Shown: positions 44,867 through 53,840 of the stretch, piece after piece | Layout: every line of letters starts with the position of its first letter | Position numbering within the stretch: the first letter of the stretch is position 1 | Assembly: GCA_964562985.1 (NCBI GenBank) | Contig: CAZLWE010000006.1 | Coordinates: forward strand, 20,991-84,990 | DNA: 64,000 nt | Direction of reading: 5' to 3' | Origin: an uncultured Acidimicrobiales bacterium | Lineage (GTDB): Bacteria; Actinomycetota; Acidimicrobiia; Acidimicrobiales; SHLQ01 | Translations under genes and position numbers: made by a program | Notes under the pieces: generated by a model | Told to the model about the DNA's origin: nothing | The model's input: the letters and a program-made list of their open reading frames with translations, nothing else | Databases searched by the model: none

Positions 44867-46282
44867 ATGACCAAACCGAGCACCCTGGGTGAACTGCGAG
44901 CGTCCGGCTGGGAATCGATCCCGGTCGCCGAGGAATTGCGGAAGAACGCGATCGAGCGGATCCGAAACGGTGAGCCACTCGTCGAACAAGTACTCGGCTA
45001 CGAAGACACCGTCCTGCCCCAACTAGAAAACGCGCTGGTCGCCGGCCACGACGTGATCTTCCTCGGTGAGCGCGGCCAGGCGAAGACGCGCATGATCCGC
45101 TCGCTCACCATGTTGCTCGACGAATGGATGCCAATCATCGCTGGTTCCGAGATCAACGATGATCCGTACAACCCGGTCTCAGCACACGCGAAGGAACTCG
45201 TCGACGAATGCGGCGACCAGACGCCGATCGACTGGGTTCACCGCGACGCCCGCTACGGGGAGAAGCTTGCCACTCCCGACACCTCCATCGCCGACCTGAT
45301 CGGCGAGGTCGATCCCATCAAGGTCGCAGAAGGCCGCTACCTCAGCGACGAACTCACCCTTCACTACGGACTCGTACCGCGTACCAACCGCGGCATCTTC
45401 GCGATGAACGAGCTTCCCGACCTCTCCGAGCGGATCCAGGTGGGCCTGCTCAACGTGCTCGAAGAGCGAGACGTCCAGATCCGCGGGTACAAGGTGCGCC
45501 TGCCACTCGACGTTGTCCTCTTCGCATCGGCAAATCCGGAGGACTACACCAACCGCGGGCGCATCATCACCCCGCTCAAAGACCGCTTTGGTTCCCAGAT
45601 CCGCACCCACTATCCACTCGACGTCGAAACCGAGATGACGATCGTCAGCCAGGAAGCCGTGCTGCCCCCAGCCAGCATCGTCGACCTCCGTATCCCCGAG
45701 TTTGTGCTCGAAATCATCGCCGAGTTCTCCCAGCAAGCGCGCCAGTCGAACCAGATCAGCCAGCGCTCTGGAGTGTCGGTCCGCCTCAGCGTGTCGAACT
45801 ACGAAGCGGTTGCCGCCAACGCCGTGCGCCGCTCGCTCGCGGCAGGCGAGGACATCGCCGTCCCCCGCGTCAGCGACCTCACCGCGATGGCCGCCACCAC
45901 GTCGGGCAAGATCGAGGTCGAGGCCTTCGAAGACGGCAGTGAGGGCCGGATCATCGATGCGCTCGTCCGGTCATCGGTCCATACGGTGTTCGTCGACTCG
46001 ATCGACCCGGCACTGCACGGCCCGATCGTGGATGCCTTCGAGGAAGGCGTCTCGGTCGAGGTGGGCCCTGGAGTCGCGCCGAGCGCCTACGTCGAACTCC
46101 TCGACGAAGTGAAATCCCTGCGCCCCGCTGTCGACGCACTGCTGGACGGTGACGATATTGACGCCTCTGAACCAGCGGTGGTTGCCTCAGCTGTAGAACT
46201 CATCCTCGAAGGACTGCACCTGGGTCGGCGCCTGAACAAGAACGAGCTCGGCGGTTCCGCGCAGTATCGGGGCCGTACCTAA
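44867..46282 (+). CDS. ChlI/MoxR-like AAA+ ATPase (magnesium-chelatase-subunit-I family)
   Basis: 471 aa with FLGERGQAKTR (a P-loop variant), IFAMNELPDL (Walker B), ASANPEDY and TPLKDRF. Confidence 0.7.
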   Translation: MTKPSTLGELRASGWESIPVAEELRKNAIERIRNGEPLVEQVLGYEDTVLPQLENALVAGHDVIFLGERGQAKTRMIRSLTMLLDEWMPIIAGSEINDDPYNPVSAHAKELVDECGDQTPIDWVHRDARYGEKLATPDTSIADLIGEVDPIKVAEGRYLSDELTLHYGLVPRTNRGIFAMNELPDLSERIQVGLLNVLEERDVQIRGYKVRLPLDVVLFASANPEDYTNRGRIITPLKDRFGSQIRTHYPLDVETEMTIVSQEAVLPPASIVDLRIPEFVLEIIAEFSQQARQSNQISQRSGVSVRLSVSNYEAVAANAVRRSLAAGEDIAVPRVSDLTAMAATTSGKIEVEAFEDGSEGRIIDALVRSSVHTVFVDSIDPALHGPIVDAFEEGVSVEVGPGVAPSAYVELLDEVKSLRPAVDALLDGDDIDASEPAVVASAVELILEGLHLGRRLNKNELGGSAQYRGRT

Positions 46283-46392
46283 CTACGGTCCGTCATCGGA
46301 TCGTCACCGCTTCTTTACGGGATCTTTTACCCCCACTTCGTTACGTTTCGTAGTGGGGTGCCAAGACGAGTGCCCGCGAGGGGGAGGGCCCC

Positions 46393-47970
46393 ATGACGAT
46401 CGACAGTCCAGAGAACCCGGCGTTTGAGACGCCGCCATCTCCTCCACCACCGACGGCACCACCACCGCCGACACCGAACATCCAGGTTCGCCCGGACTCT
46501 CCGCTGGCGACGGGGATCGAGCTCATTGCCATCGCGATAGTCGGCTTGCTTGCGAACTTCGCGCTTCGTGCTTTGGCAGTCGACTCGGTCCTCGCGATCG
46601 GCGTGTTCGGAATCCTGATGGTGCTGATGCTGCGCCGGTCACCACATCGCGGCAGTCACCTCGCCCTGTTCGGAGCCGCTGCGCTCCTACTCCCGTGGTA
46701 CGTCCTTCGAAGCGACCCCGCATTGCTGTTCGTGAACACGGTGATGGTGTTCGTGCTGCTCGCGGTCGGCGCCGGCTACTCACTCAAGGACAACGCCTTC
46801 GACACGTCCGTGCGTCGCAACATCGCCCACACCTTCGCTATGGGTCTCGAATGGGCCTTCGGGTTGAACATGGGATTCGGCTGGCTCAAGAAGGTGGGCG
46901 AATCCAAAACCGCTGGGCCGGTTGTTCGCGGCGCCCTCATCGCCGCACCGATTCTGATCGTGTTCGCCGTGCTCCTGGCCTCGGCCGACGAGGTCTTTGC
47001 CGGCCTCCTGTTGTTCACCGACATCGGCTCTGGGATCTCCCATCTCCTCTTGTCGGGGTTCCTCGCCGTCCTGGCCTTCGGATACGTCAGTCGCGCTGCA
47101 CACGAGACCGCCGCGCCCAACAGTACCTTCAACCTCCGAATGCTCGGCCCAATCGAGGTGGCCATCATCCTCGGGAGTCTGATGGTCCTTTTTGCCGCCT
47201 TCAGCATCACCCAGTTCGTTGTCGCACTCGGAGGAGCTACCACCGTTCTCGAGACGGAAGGCCTGACCCAAGCCGAGCACGCCCGCCAGGGGTTCTTCGA
47301 ATTGTTGTTCGCATCGGCGTTAGCCGGCCTTGTGGTCGGCGCAGTCCGGGCGTTTCGCACCACCGGAGATGAGCCCGAGGAGGGTGCCGAGCAGGAGACC
47401 GTGCCCACGAAGCGCGACGCGTTCGTCCCGCTCGCCGTAGCTACCTTGGGCTTGACTATCGCGCTTGCCGCGTTCAGTCTCCAACGATTCGTCCTGTACA
47501 TCGGGTCATTCGGGCTCACCCTGGATCGAGTGTGGGCGATCGCGACGGTCATCACGATCATCGGCCTCCTGGCGCTGTACATCGCCGACATCGTCGGTTT
47601 CGGACCGGGCACGAGCTGGTACCCGACAACATCACTACTCGGCGTCGCGGCACTCGTAATCGTGTTGAACGTCATCAACCCGGGTGCCCGGGTGGCCGAC
47701 TACAACATCGATCGGGCGGACACCATCGACTTCGATGCCTGGACCGTCGCGCAGTTGCCCGACGATGCCATGTCCGAAGTCGTTTCGAGCCTTGATCAGC
47801 TAGGGGCGGCCGATCGATCTACCCTCGTCAACCACCTCTGTGGCCGATCCGACCGAACCACCACCTACGGCGCCATCGAATACAACCGTGCGTCGGTCCA
47901 AGCCGACAATGTGCTCGACGAACTCTGCGGCACTCGCCGTCAGGTCCGAACATCGAACTTCTCCGACTAG
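46393..47970 (+). CDS. Polytopic membrane protein, DUF4153/DUF4173-like (paralogue A)
   Basis: 525 aa with a Pro-rich N-terminus, more than 10 TM helices and a C-terminal soluble part (..ADYNIDRADTIDFDAW..LPDDAM..). Confidence 0.55.
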   Translation: MTIDSPENPAFETPPSPPPPTAPPPPTPNIQVRPDSPLATGIELIAIAIVGLLANFALRALAVDSVLAIGVFGILMVLMLRRSPHRGSHLALFGAAALLLPWYVLRSDPALLFVNTVMVFVLLAVGAGYSLKDNAFDTSVRRNIAHTFAMGLEWAFGLNMGFGWLKKVGESKTAGPVVRGALIAAPILIVFAVLLASADEVFAGLLLFTDIGSGISHLLLSGFLAVLAFGYVSRAAHETAAPNSTFNLRMLGPIEVAIILGSLMVLFAAFSITQFVVALGGATTVLETEGLTQAEHARQGFFELLFASALAGLVVGAVRAFRTTGDEPEEGAEQETVPTKRDAFVPLAVATLGLTIALAAFSLQRFVLYIGSFGLTLDRVWAIATVITIIGLLALYIADIVGFGPGTSWYPTTSLLGVAALVIVLNVINPGARVADYNIDRADTIDFDAWTVAQLPDDAMSEVVSSLDQLGAADRSTLVNHLCGRSDRTTTYGAIEYNRASVQADNVLDELCGTRRQVRTSNFSD

Positions 47971-47974
47971 ATCG

Positions 47975-49420
47975 ATGACCGAGATTCTCACCCCAGAAGC
48001 GGACGCTGCGGCACCCCAAGGGGGCTCCGATGCGCGCACCCAGGCGACGCGTTTGGGCCTGCTCGTGGCTGCGTCTTCCGCCGTGGCAGGAACCTTCCTT
48101 CCAGGCCTTGGTCTTGCGATCGGGCTCCTCGCGCTAATCGCCGCAGCTGTGTGCATCGTCGGGGCGCGGACTCGGGCCGGCCTTTGGTGTGCGCTGTGGA
48201 TGGTCTCGCTTCCGTTGCTCCTCATCCGAGACAACCGTTGGCTCGCCATCTGTGTCGTGGCGACGACGCTAGCTATTGCCATCTTCGCGTTCATGGCCCG
48301 AGCAAGTGGTCAGCCGATCAGCGACTTCGCCATCGCTCGAGTCTTCCGTCGGTCGCCAATTCCGACACACCTACGTGAGCCGCGGCCTATGCCGGAGCTC
48401 TCCATCGCTGGAGAGGTTTGGGCTGTACTGCGCGGGCTTCTGCTCGCCGTCCCGATCCTTTGGGTGTTCGGATCACTCCTCAGTTCGGCCGATTCGGTCT
48501 TCGCTTCCTTGTTCTCGTTCGACATTGGCTCGTCGGTGTCGTTCTCCTCAGAGATTCTCATCCGTCCCGCGTGGTTTATCGGCCTCGCAGCGCTCGCTGT
48601 GCCCGTGTTCCGCTTCGGCGCCGATCGACGTACGAGCACTCCGCTGGCGATCGAACAACGCGTTGGCGTCACCGAGTTGTCGATCGTGTTCGGCTCGGTA
48701 TGCGCATTGTTCGCCCTGTTCATTGGCTCGCGGGTGTCGTCGTTTGGGCGCGAGTTCAGCGATGAACTTCTTCGCGACGAGGTGCGCGGCGGCTTCTTCC
48801 AGTTGCTCTGGGTAGCGGCGCTCACCGTTGCGCTTGTCCTCGCAGCGCGCGTCATTGGCAAGGGCGCGCTGGATTCTCGACGAGTTCGGGCCCTCGCTCT
48901 CCTGACCATCGCGCTCGCCGCAGTCATCGATGGTCTCGCCCTGGTTCGCATCGCTGGATACGTCCGTGGAAGCTTCTCCACGCCGCTTCGGGTGTGGTCG
49001 TTCGGATTTGGGTTGTGGCTCCTCATCGTGCTTGCCATCGCCGCCGTTCGAGTCCTCGGACTGCGAGGGAAGACTCAGTGGTTCACCGTGGCGCTCCTCA
49101 CCAGTTGGATGGGGTTCGTCCTCGCGATGGGGCTCTTCAACCCAGACGCGTGGATCGCCACCTACAACTTCGAAAACGCGCCCACCGAACCGGATCAGTT
49201 CATTGCGGTGAATCCCTTGATCTGGCTCTCCGACGACGGCACTGAGGTCATCGTCGAGAACATCGAGGTGCTCCGCCCTATGCCCAACGACCGATTCGTT
49301 CGAGTTGTCGAGCATCTATGCGCAACGCCGTCCGACGATTCGTGGCGAGACTTCAACCTGTCTCGCGTAGACGCACGAGACCATATCGAAGAGCTATGTA
49401 GGCGCGAACAACGGCGCTAA
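47975..49420 (+). CDS. Polytopic membrane protein, DUF4153/DUF4173-like (paralogue B)
   Basis: The start is moved to ATG 47975, 4 nt after paralogue A's stop. It has the same architecture (..IATYNFENAP....LSDDG..). Confidence 0.55.
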   Translation: MTEILTPEADAAAPQGGSDARTQATRLGLLVAASSAVAGTFLPGLGLAIGLLALIAAAVCIVGARTRAGLWCALWMVSLPLLLIRDNRWLAICVVATTLAIAIFAFMARASGQPISDFAIARVFRRSPIPTHLREPRPMPELSIAGEVWAVLRGLLLAVPILWVFGSLLSSADSVFASLFSFDIGSSVSFSSEILIRPAWFIGLAALAVPVFRFGADRRTSTPLAIEQRVGVTELSIVFGSVCALFALFIGSRVSSFGREFSDELLRDEVRGGFFQLLWVAALTVALVLAARVIGKGALDSRRVRALALLTIALAAVIDGLALVRIAGYVRGSFSTPLRVWSFGFGLWLLIVLAIAAVRVLGLRGKTQWFTVALLTSWMGFVLAMGLFNPDAWIATYNFENAPTEPDQFIAVNPLIWLSDDGTEVIVENIEVLRPMPNDRFVRVVEHLCATPSDDSWRDFNLSRVDARDHIEELCRREQRR

Positions 49421-49516
49421 GGCCGGAAGGACGGATATCGCTGGACCGGAATCGCATCATCGACACCGGCTACTAGTCGACAGCGAGTCAACCTTTCGCC
49501 GCTAGCCTCAGGTGCC

Positions 49517-50500
49517 ATGACACGGGTATTTAGCGGCATTCAACCATCGGGCGACCTGCATCTCGGCAACCTTCTCGGGGCGTTGGTGAATTGGTCGAAG
49601 ATGCAAGACGACTTCGACGCTGTGTACTGCGTGGTCGATCTTCACGCACTAACTCTGCGCCACGAGCCCGAGGTACTTCGTGCCAAATCCATCGAGCTGG
49701 TCCAGCTACTGATGGCTGTCGGCCTTGATCCCGAGCGTTCGACGCTGTTTGTGCAGAGCCAGGTCCCTCAGCACCCGCAGCTCGCGTGGCTTATGGAGTG
49801 CACGGTGAGTTACGGCGAACTCAGTCGGATGACGGCCTTCAAGGACAAATCCAATCGCGACTCCACGAAGTTCATCTCCGCCGGCCTATTTACGTACCCT
49901 GCGCTGCAAGCAGCCGACATCTTGCTCTACGACACCGATGTCGTGCCCGTGGGCGACGATCAGCGACAACACATCGAGATCACACGCGACATCGCCGAGC
50001 GTTTCAACTCCCGCTACGGAGAAACCTTCGTTGTGCCCGAGCACCGCATTCCTCCCGCCGGAGCCCGCGTCATGGACCTCCAGCACCCCGATCGGAAGAT
50101 GTCGAAGTCCGAAGGGGAAAGCCCGGGAACCATTTGGGTGCTTGAAGACTTCAAGAAGGTCGAGAAGAAGTTCAAGCGGGCCGTGACCGATAGCGACAGC
50201 GAAGTTCGCTACGACGTCGAAGCCAAGCCCGGTGTGTCAAACCTCCTCGATATTCTTTCCTCCTGCACAGGCACCGCACCCGATGAGCTCGCGGCTAGCT
50301 ACACCCAATACGGACCGCTCAAGGGCGACACTGCCGAAGCGGTGATTGAACTCTTGAAACCGATCCAAGAACGCTTCGCTGAGTTGCAAGCCGATCCTGG
50401 CGAAACCGAGCGTCTGCTGCGGATCGGTGCCGATAAGGCGGAGGCCGTCGCCGCGGAGGTTCTTGCACGGGCGAAGGAAAATATCGGCCTTATGTCGTAG
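49517..50500 (+). CDS. trpS: Tryptophan--tRNA ligase
   Basis: 327 aa with GIQPSGDLHLGN (HIGH-type), GDDQRQH and the KMSKS motif. Confidence 0.92.
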   Translation: MTRVFSGIQPSGDLHLGNLLGALVNWSKMQDDFDAVYCVVDLHALTLRHEPEVLRAKSIELVQLLMAVGLDPERSTLFVQSQVPQHPQLAWLMECTVSYGELSRMTAFKDKSNRDSTKFISAGLFTYPALQAADILLYDTDVVPVGDDQRQHIEITRDIAERFNSRYGETFVVPEHRIPPAGARVMDLQHPDRKMSKSEGESPGTIWVLEDFKKVEKKFKRAVTDSDSEVRYDVEAKPGVSNLLDILSSCTGTAPDELAASYTQYGPLKGDTAEAVIELLKPIQERFAELQADPGETERLLRIGADKAEAVAAEVLARAKENIGLMS

Positions 50501-51302
50501 TTGGCGGTGCCAGCCGGTGGAAGGCGATCGCCGCAGCGTTCGCGACGTTCAGCGAGTCCACGCCATTCGCCATGGAGATCCGTACGCGATGGGTCGCCGC
50601 GTCGATCGTGTCATCGGGCAGACCAGGCCCCTCGGCGCCAAGCAAGACCGCGGTGCGCGCCGGAGTATCGAACACTGCGATCTCGGTATCACCCCGCGGT
50701 GTGAGCGCGACCGTCTCGAATCCGTGCTCATGCAGCAGGTCGAGAGCTTCAGGCATGGCCCCGATGCGGGTGTGTGGTATCGCAAACACCTGACCCATCG
50801 AGGCTCGGATCGCCCTGCGGTACAGCGGGTCACCGCAGGTTGGGTCGAGCAGTACGGCGTCGACTCCGAGTCCCGCGGCGTTGCGCATGATCACACCGAG
50901 ATTGTTCGGGTTGTTCAGTCCTACGAGCACCGCCACCCGATCAGCGTCGCGGATGATGCTGTCGAGACTCGGCAACTCCGGTCGGGCGAAACAGGCCAAG
51001 GGATCACGAAGTCCTGGCCGACCGGTGATCTCGGTTAGCACGGGATCCGACGCGGCGAAGACTTCCACATGTTCGGGCAGGGACGGCAGGGGCTTCGTGC
51101 GCTTGGCGTCAACGAGCAGCGAGCGAAGTTCGAAGCCCCGCTGTAGGCCTCGCTCGATGACCAGATCGCCTTCGGCGATGAAGATGTCGTCGAAGGGTTC
51201 ACCGGCACGCTCGAGTTCTTGACGTCGTTTGTGGTCGCGAAGTCCGAGGAACACACGAATTCGGGGGTCGGTGACCTCGGTGACGCTGATGGAAGTACCC
51301 AC
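50490..51302 (-). CDS. TrmH/SpoU-family RNA 2'-O-methyltransferase
   Basis: Motifs are NPNNLGVIMRNAAGLG, LLGAEGPGL and ISMANGVDSLNVANAAAIA. A GTG start at 51302 is proposed, although the ORF is open to 51428. The gene is convergent with trpS and their 3' ends overlap by 11 nt. Confidence 0.75.
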   Translation of the reverse strand: MGTSISVTEVTDPRIRVFLGLRDHKRRQELERAGEPFDDIFIAEGDLVIERGLQRGFELRSLLVDAKRTKPLPSLPEHVEVFAASDPVLTEITGRPGLRDPLACFARPELPSLDSIIRDADRVAVLVGLNNPNNLGVIMRNAAGLGVDAVLLDPTCGDPLYRRAIRASMGQVFAIPHTRIGAMPEALDLLHEHGFETVALTPRGDTEIAVFDTPARTAVLLGAEGPGLPDDTIDAATHRVRISMANGVDSLNVANAAAIAFHRLAPPTTT

Positions 51303-51551
51303 AGCCGCACGATACCGAGCCTTCGAAGAGTGCCTCGGCAAAAGCCAACCAAAACACGCCACGGAACGTAGAGATTTTGCGCCGAGAATCTGCGGAACGG
51401 TGGCAAGGCGCAGGCAGAGTCGTTCCACCTAGACGTGATCCAGTCGCTAAGGCTAGGCAGTTTCCTAACTTCTCTCGCGACAAATTGGCGTCAACATGCG
51501 TCAAGAACGAGAATCACCTGTCTGTCAAACCTTAAGTGGGCGAAAAAACAC

Positions 51552-53642
51552 ATGGACGAAAAAGATAAGATCGGCGAGGGCCTAGACAAAGCTAAGGGCC
51601 TCAAAGACAAAGCCGCCGAAGCAAAAGAGGCTCTCTTGGGTAAGGCCGATGAGGCCTCTGACGACTCTGGGGGCATGGCAGACAAGGCCAAGGATCTTCT
51701 TGGTGGCGCAAAGGACAAGCTGCCCGGTGGTGACGACGCTGCTGTGGCTGGTGGTGCTGCGGCTGCTGCTGGTGGTTTGGCTGGTAAGGCCAAGGGCATG
51801 GTGAGCGGCGCGGCTGATAAGGCCAAGGATGCGGCTGGTTCTGCCAAGGACGCCGCCTCTGGTGCTGCCGACAAGGTGAAGGGTGCCGCGCCGGATATGC
51901 CGGACGCTCCTGATATGCCAGACGCCCCGGATATGCCAGACGCCCCGGATATGCCAGACGCTGGCGGCATCACTGGTAAGGGTGCTGCTGTGGCTGGTGG
52001 TGCTGCGGCTGCTGCTGGTGGTTTGGCTGGTAAGGCCAAGGGCATGGTGAGCGGCGCGGCTGATAAGGCCAAGGATGCGGCTGGTTCTGCCAAGGACGCT
52101 GCCTCTGGTGCTGCTGACAAAGCCAAGGACGCCGCCTCTGGTGCGACAGACAAGGCCAAGGGCGCCTCGAAGAAAGCCACGGGTGCATCATCTGACGCCG
52201 CCGACAAGGTGAAAGGTGCCGCTGCTGCTGGCGCTGGAGCCACGGTGAGCTCAACCAGCTCCTCCTCCACGAGTTCGACCGTCGTTCGCGATGGTGGCTC
52301 CGGGGGTAGCTCTGGTGGCTCTGGTGGCGGAGACGACGATGACGACGACAAGCTGTTCGGCTGGCTTCCGATTTCGGGCGAATGGCAGATCATCGGCGCG
52401 GGCCTTATCGCCTTCATCGCCCTATTCTTCGGCTCGCAGATCCTCGGATTCTTCGGCGCTGACGATCCGACTGGCGCGGTCGAAGCGGTGGCCCTCGACG
52501 AGGTAACCGATGCACGATGCGCTGCCGCAATCGAGAATCTTGAAGATTCCGATATCGACCCAGACGTAATCGCCAACGTCACTTGCGGTATTGATGTCAA
52601 TGGCGAGATCGATCTCGCTGGCGAAATCCCTGATGAGTCAGACCGAGCCGCGATCGCCATCGCTGCTGCGGGTGTTGGTGCGGCGTCGCTCGATATCGAT
52701 GGATCAGGTCTGTTCACCGTCGAAGAAGAGGTAGAGGAGGTCGCGGCTGAAGTCACGACCACCACGGCCGCTCCGACCACGACCACCGCAGCTCCGACCA
52801 CGACCACCGAAGCTCCGACCACGACTACCGAGGCACCTACGACGACGACGGAGGCTCCTGCGCCTGAACCGTTCACGATGTGGGATGCGCTCACGGGTGA
52901 GAGCGAAGCAAGCCAGTTCGCCGCTATCGGCGGCGCTCTTGGTCTCCAAGCAGACCTCGAAGCTCTCGAAGACGAGGACGGAAACCCGGTCAATCGCACG
53001 CTCTTCGCACCGTCGAACGCAGCACTCGAGGCCTTTGGCCCCGAGAGGCTCGGAGCGCTGACCACCGATCTGGAAGCCGCCAACGCTCTCGTCGGCTATC
53101 ACTTCCTCGATGAACCGATGACTGCTGCTGAGCTTCTTGAGCTCGACGGGCAGACCGTGACGACCCGTACCGGGTTGCCGCTGGGGATCAGCGTCGACGA
53201 CGGGGGTGTCATCTTGAACAACACCTCGTTGGTCACCGTGACCGACCTGGAAGCTGACAACGGCATCGTCCACGTCATCGACGTGATCCTCGAGCCGCCT
53301 TCGATCAACCAGGTGCTCGACCTTGAGAACATCGAGTTCGAAGTATCTTCGGCAACGATCACGGCTGCTGGCCAGGAAACGCTGCAAGCCGCAGTCACCT
53401 TCTTTACCGAGATGCCTAACGTGAACGCAGTTGTTGAAGGTCACACCGACACCGATGGCACCGACGAAGTGAACCAAGAGCTTTCACAAGCTCGAGCACA
53501 GTCCGTCGTGAACTTCCTGGTTGCGAACGGCCTGGACGAGTCCCGCTTCACTCCACGAGGCTTCGGCGAGACCATGCCGATCATCGTCGACGGAGTCGAG
53601 GACAAAGAGGCGAGCCGCCGAATCGAGTTCGTCGTCCGCTAA
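51552..53642 (+). CDS. Mosaic membrane protein: Lys/Ala-rich repeat N-terminus, one TM helix, a Thr/Pro linker, a fasciclin (FAS1) domain and an OmpA C-terminal peptidoglycan-binding domain
   Basis: ATG 51552. KAKDAAGSAKDAASGAADK-type repeats are followed by PDMPDA x4 and the TM helix WQIIGAGLIAFIALFFG. TTTT(A/E)AP x5 follows. FAS1 reads TLFAPSNAALEAF...NGIVHVIDVILEPP. OmpA_C reads VEGHTDTDG..NQELSQARAQSV...GFGETMP. Confidence 0.75.
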   Translation: MDEKDKIGEGLDKAKGLKDKAAEAKEALLGKADEASDDSGGMADKAKDLLGGAKDKLPGGDDAAVAGGAAAAAGGLAGKAKGMVSGAADKAKDAAGSAKDAASGAADKVKGAAPDMPDAPDMPDAPDMPDAPDMPDAGGITGKGAAVAGGAAAAAGGLAGKAKGMVSGAADKAKDAAGSAKDAASGAADKAKDAASGATDKAKGASKKATGASSDAADKVKGAAAAGAGATVSSTSSSSTSSTVVRDGGSGGSSGGSGGGDDDDDDKLFGWLPISGEWQIIGAGLIAFIALFFGSQILGFFGADDPTGAVEAVALDEVTDARCAAAIENLEDSDIDPDVIANVTCGIDVNGEIDLAGEIPDESDRAAIAIAAAGVGAASLDIDGSGLFTVEEEVEEVAAEVTTTTAAPTTTTAAPTTTTEAPTTTTEAPTTTTEAPAPEPFTMWDALTGESEASQFAAIGGALGLQADLEALEDEDGNPVNRTLFAPSNAALEAFGPERLGALTTDLEAANALVGYHFLDEPMTAAELLELDGQTVTTRTGLPLGISVDDGGVILNNTSLVTVTDLEADNGIVHVIDVILEPPSINQVLDLENIEFEVSSATITAAGQETLQAAVTFFTEMPNVNAVVEGHTDTDGTDEVNQELSQARAQSVVNFLVANGLDESRFTPRGFGETMPIIVDGVEDKEASRRIEFVVR
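51738..52126 (+). repeat. Internal near-identical duplication (246-bp period) inside the mosaic gene
   Basis: The ~140 nt starting at 51738 (GCTGCTGTGGCTGGTGGTGCTGCGGCTGCTGCTGGTGGTTTGGCTGGTAAGGCC...) recur starting at 51984. Only a few substitutions appear, near the end. Confidence 0.8.
51891..51962 (+). repeat. 18-bp tandem repeat x4 encoding PDMPDA
   Basis: CCGGATATGCC(A/G)GACGC(T/C) is repeated four times in frame. Confidence 0.85.
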
Positions 53643-53662
53643 TTCCCGCACGACGCAGCTTT

Positions 53663-53778
53663 GGGCTGCTTTGCTGACAGCAACTCCCGCAATCGCAGCT
53701 TCGCTTCGCTCGGGCTGCTCTGCTGGCAGCAACTCCCGCCATCGCAGCTTGGCTTCGCTCGGGCTGCTCTGCTGACAG
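53663..53778. repeat. 49-bp tandem repeat, about 2.4 copies, intergenic
   Basis: Unit 1 is GGGCTGCTTTGCTGACAGCAACTCCCGCAATCGCAGCTTCGCTTCGCTC (53663..53711). Unit 2 is 53712..53760 with 4 substitutions. Partial unit 3 is 53761..53778. Confidence 0.8.
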
Positions 53779-53795
53779 AAGAAAGCTTTGAAGAC

Positions 53796-53820
53796 GACCC
53801 CGGCCGACTTGGCCGGGGTC
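53796..53820 (+). terminator. Strong GC hairpin (10-bp stem, 5-nt loop), probable terminator of the OmpA/FAS1 gene
   Basis: GACCCCGGCC-GACTT-GGCCGGGGTC lies 20 nt upstream of the vWA start. There is no U-tract. Confidence 0.45.
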
Positions 53821-53840
53821 GCTTCGCTACGCTGCGGTTT

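Noticed and set aside
46331-46358. Hairpin CCCCACT-(14 nt)-AGTGGGG after the ChlI-like AAA gene as a terminator.
   Set aside because: It is plausible but weak, with a large loop and no U-tract, so it is not listed as a feature.
51891-51962. Short tandem arrays (18 bp x4 here; 21 bp x5 at about 52755..52860) considered as CRISPR-like or intergenic minisatellites.
   Set aside because: The repeats are directly adjacent with no spacers. They are in frame and encode PDMPDA and TTTT(A/E)AP linkers within a long ORF.
51491-53083. 530-aa antisense ORF opposite the OmpA/FAS1 gene.
   Set aside because: It is the mirror image of an Ala/Gly/Lys repeat region, with no start context and a purely low-complexity product. 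The plus strand encodes recognisable FAS1 and OmpA_C domains.
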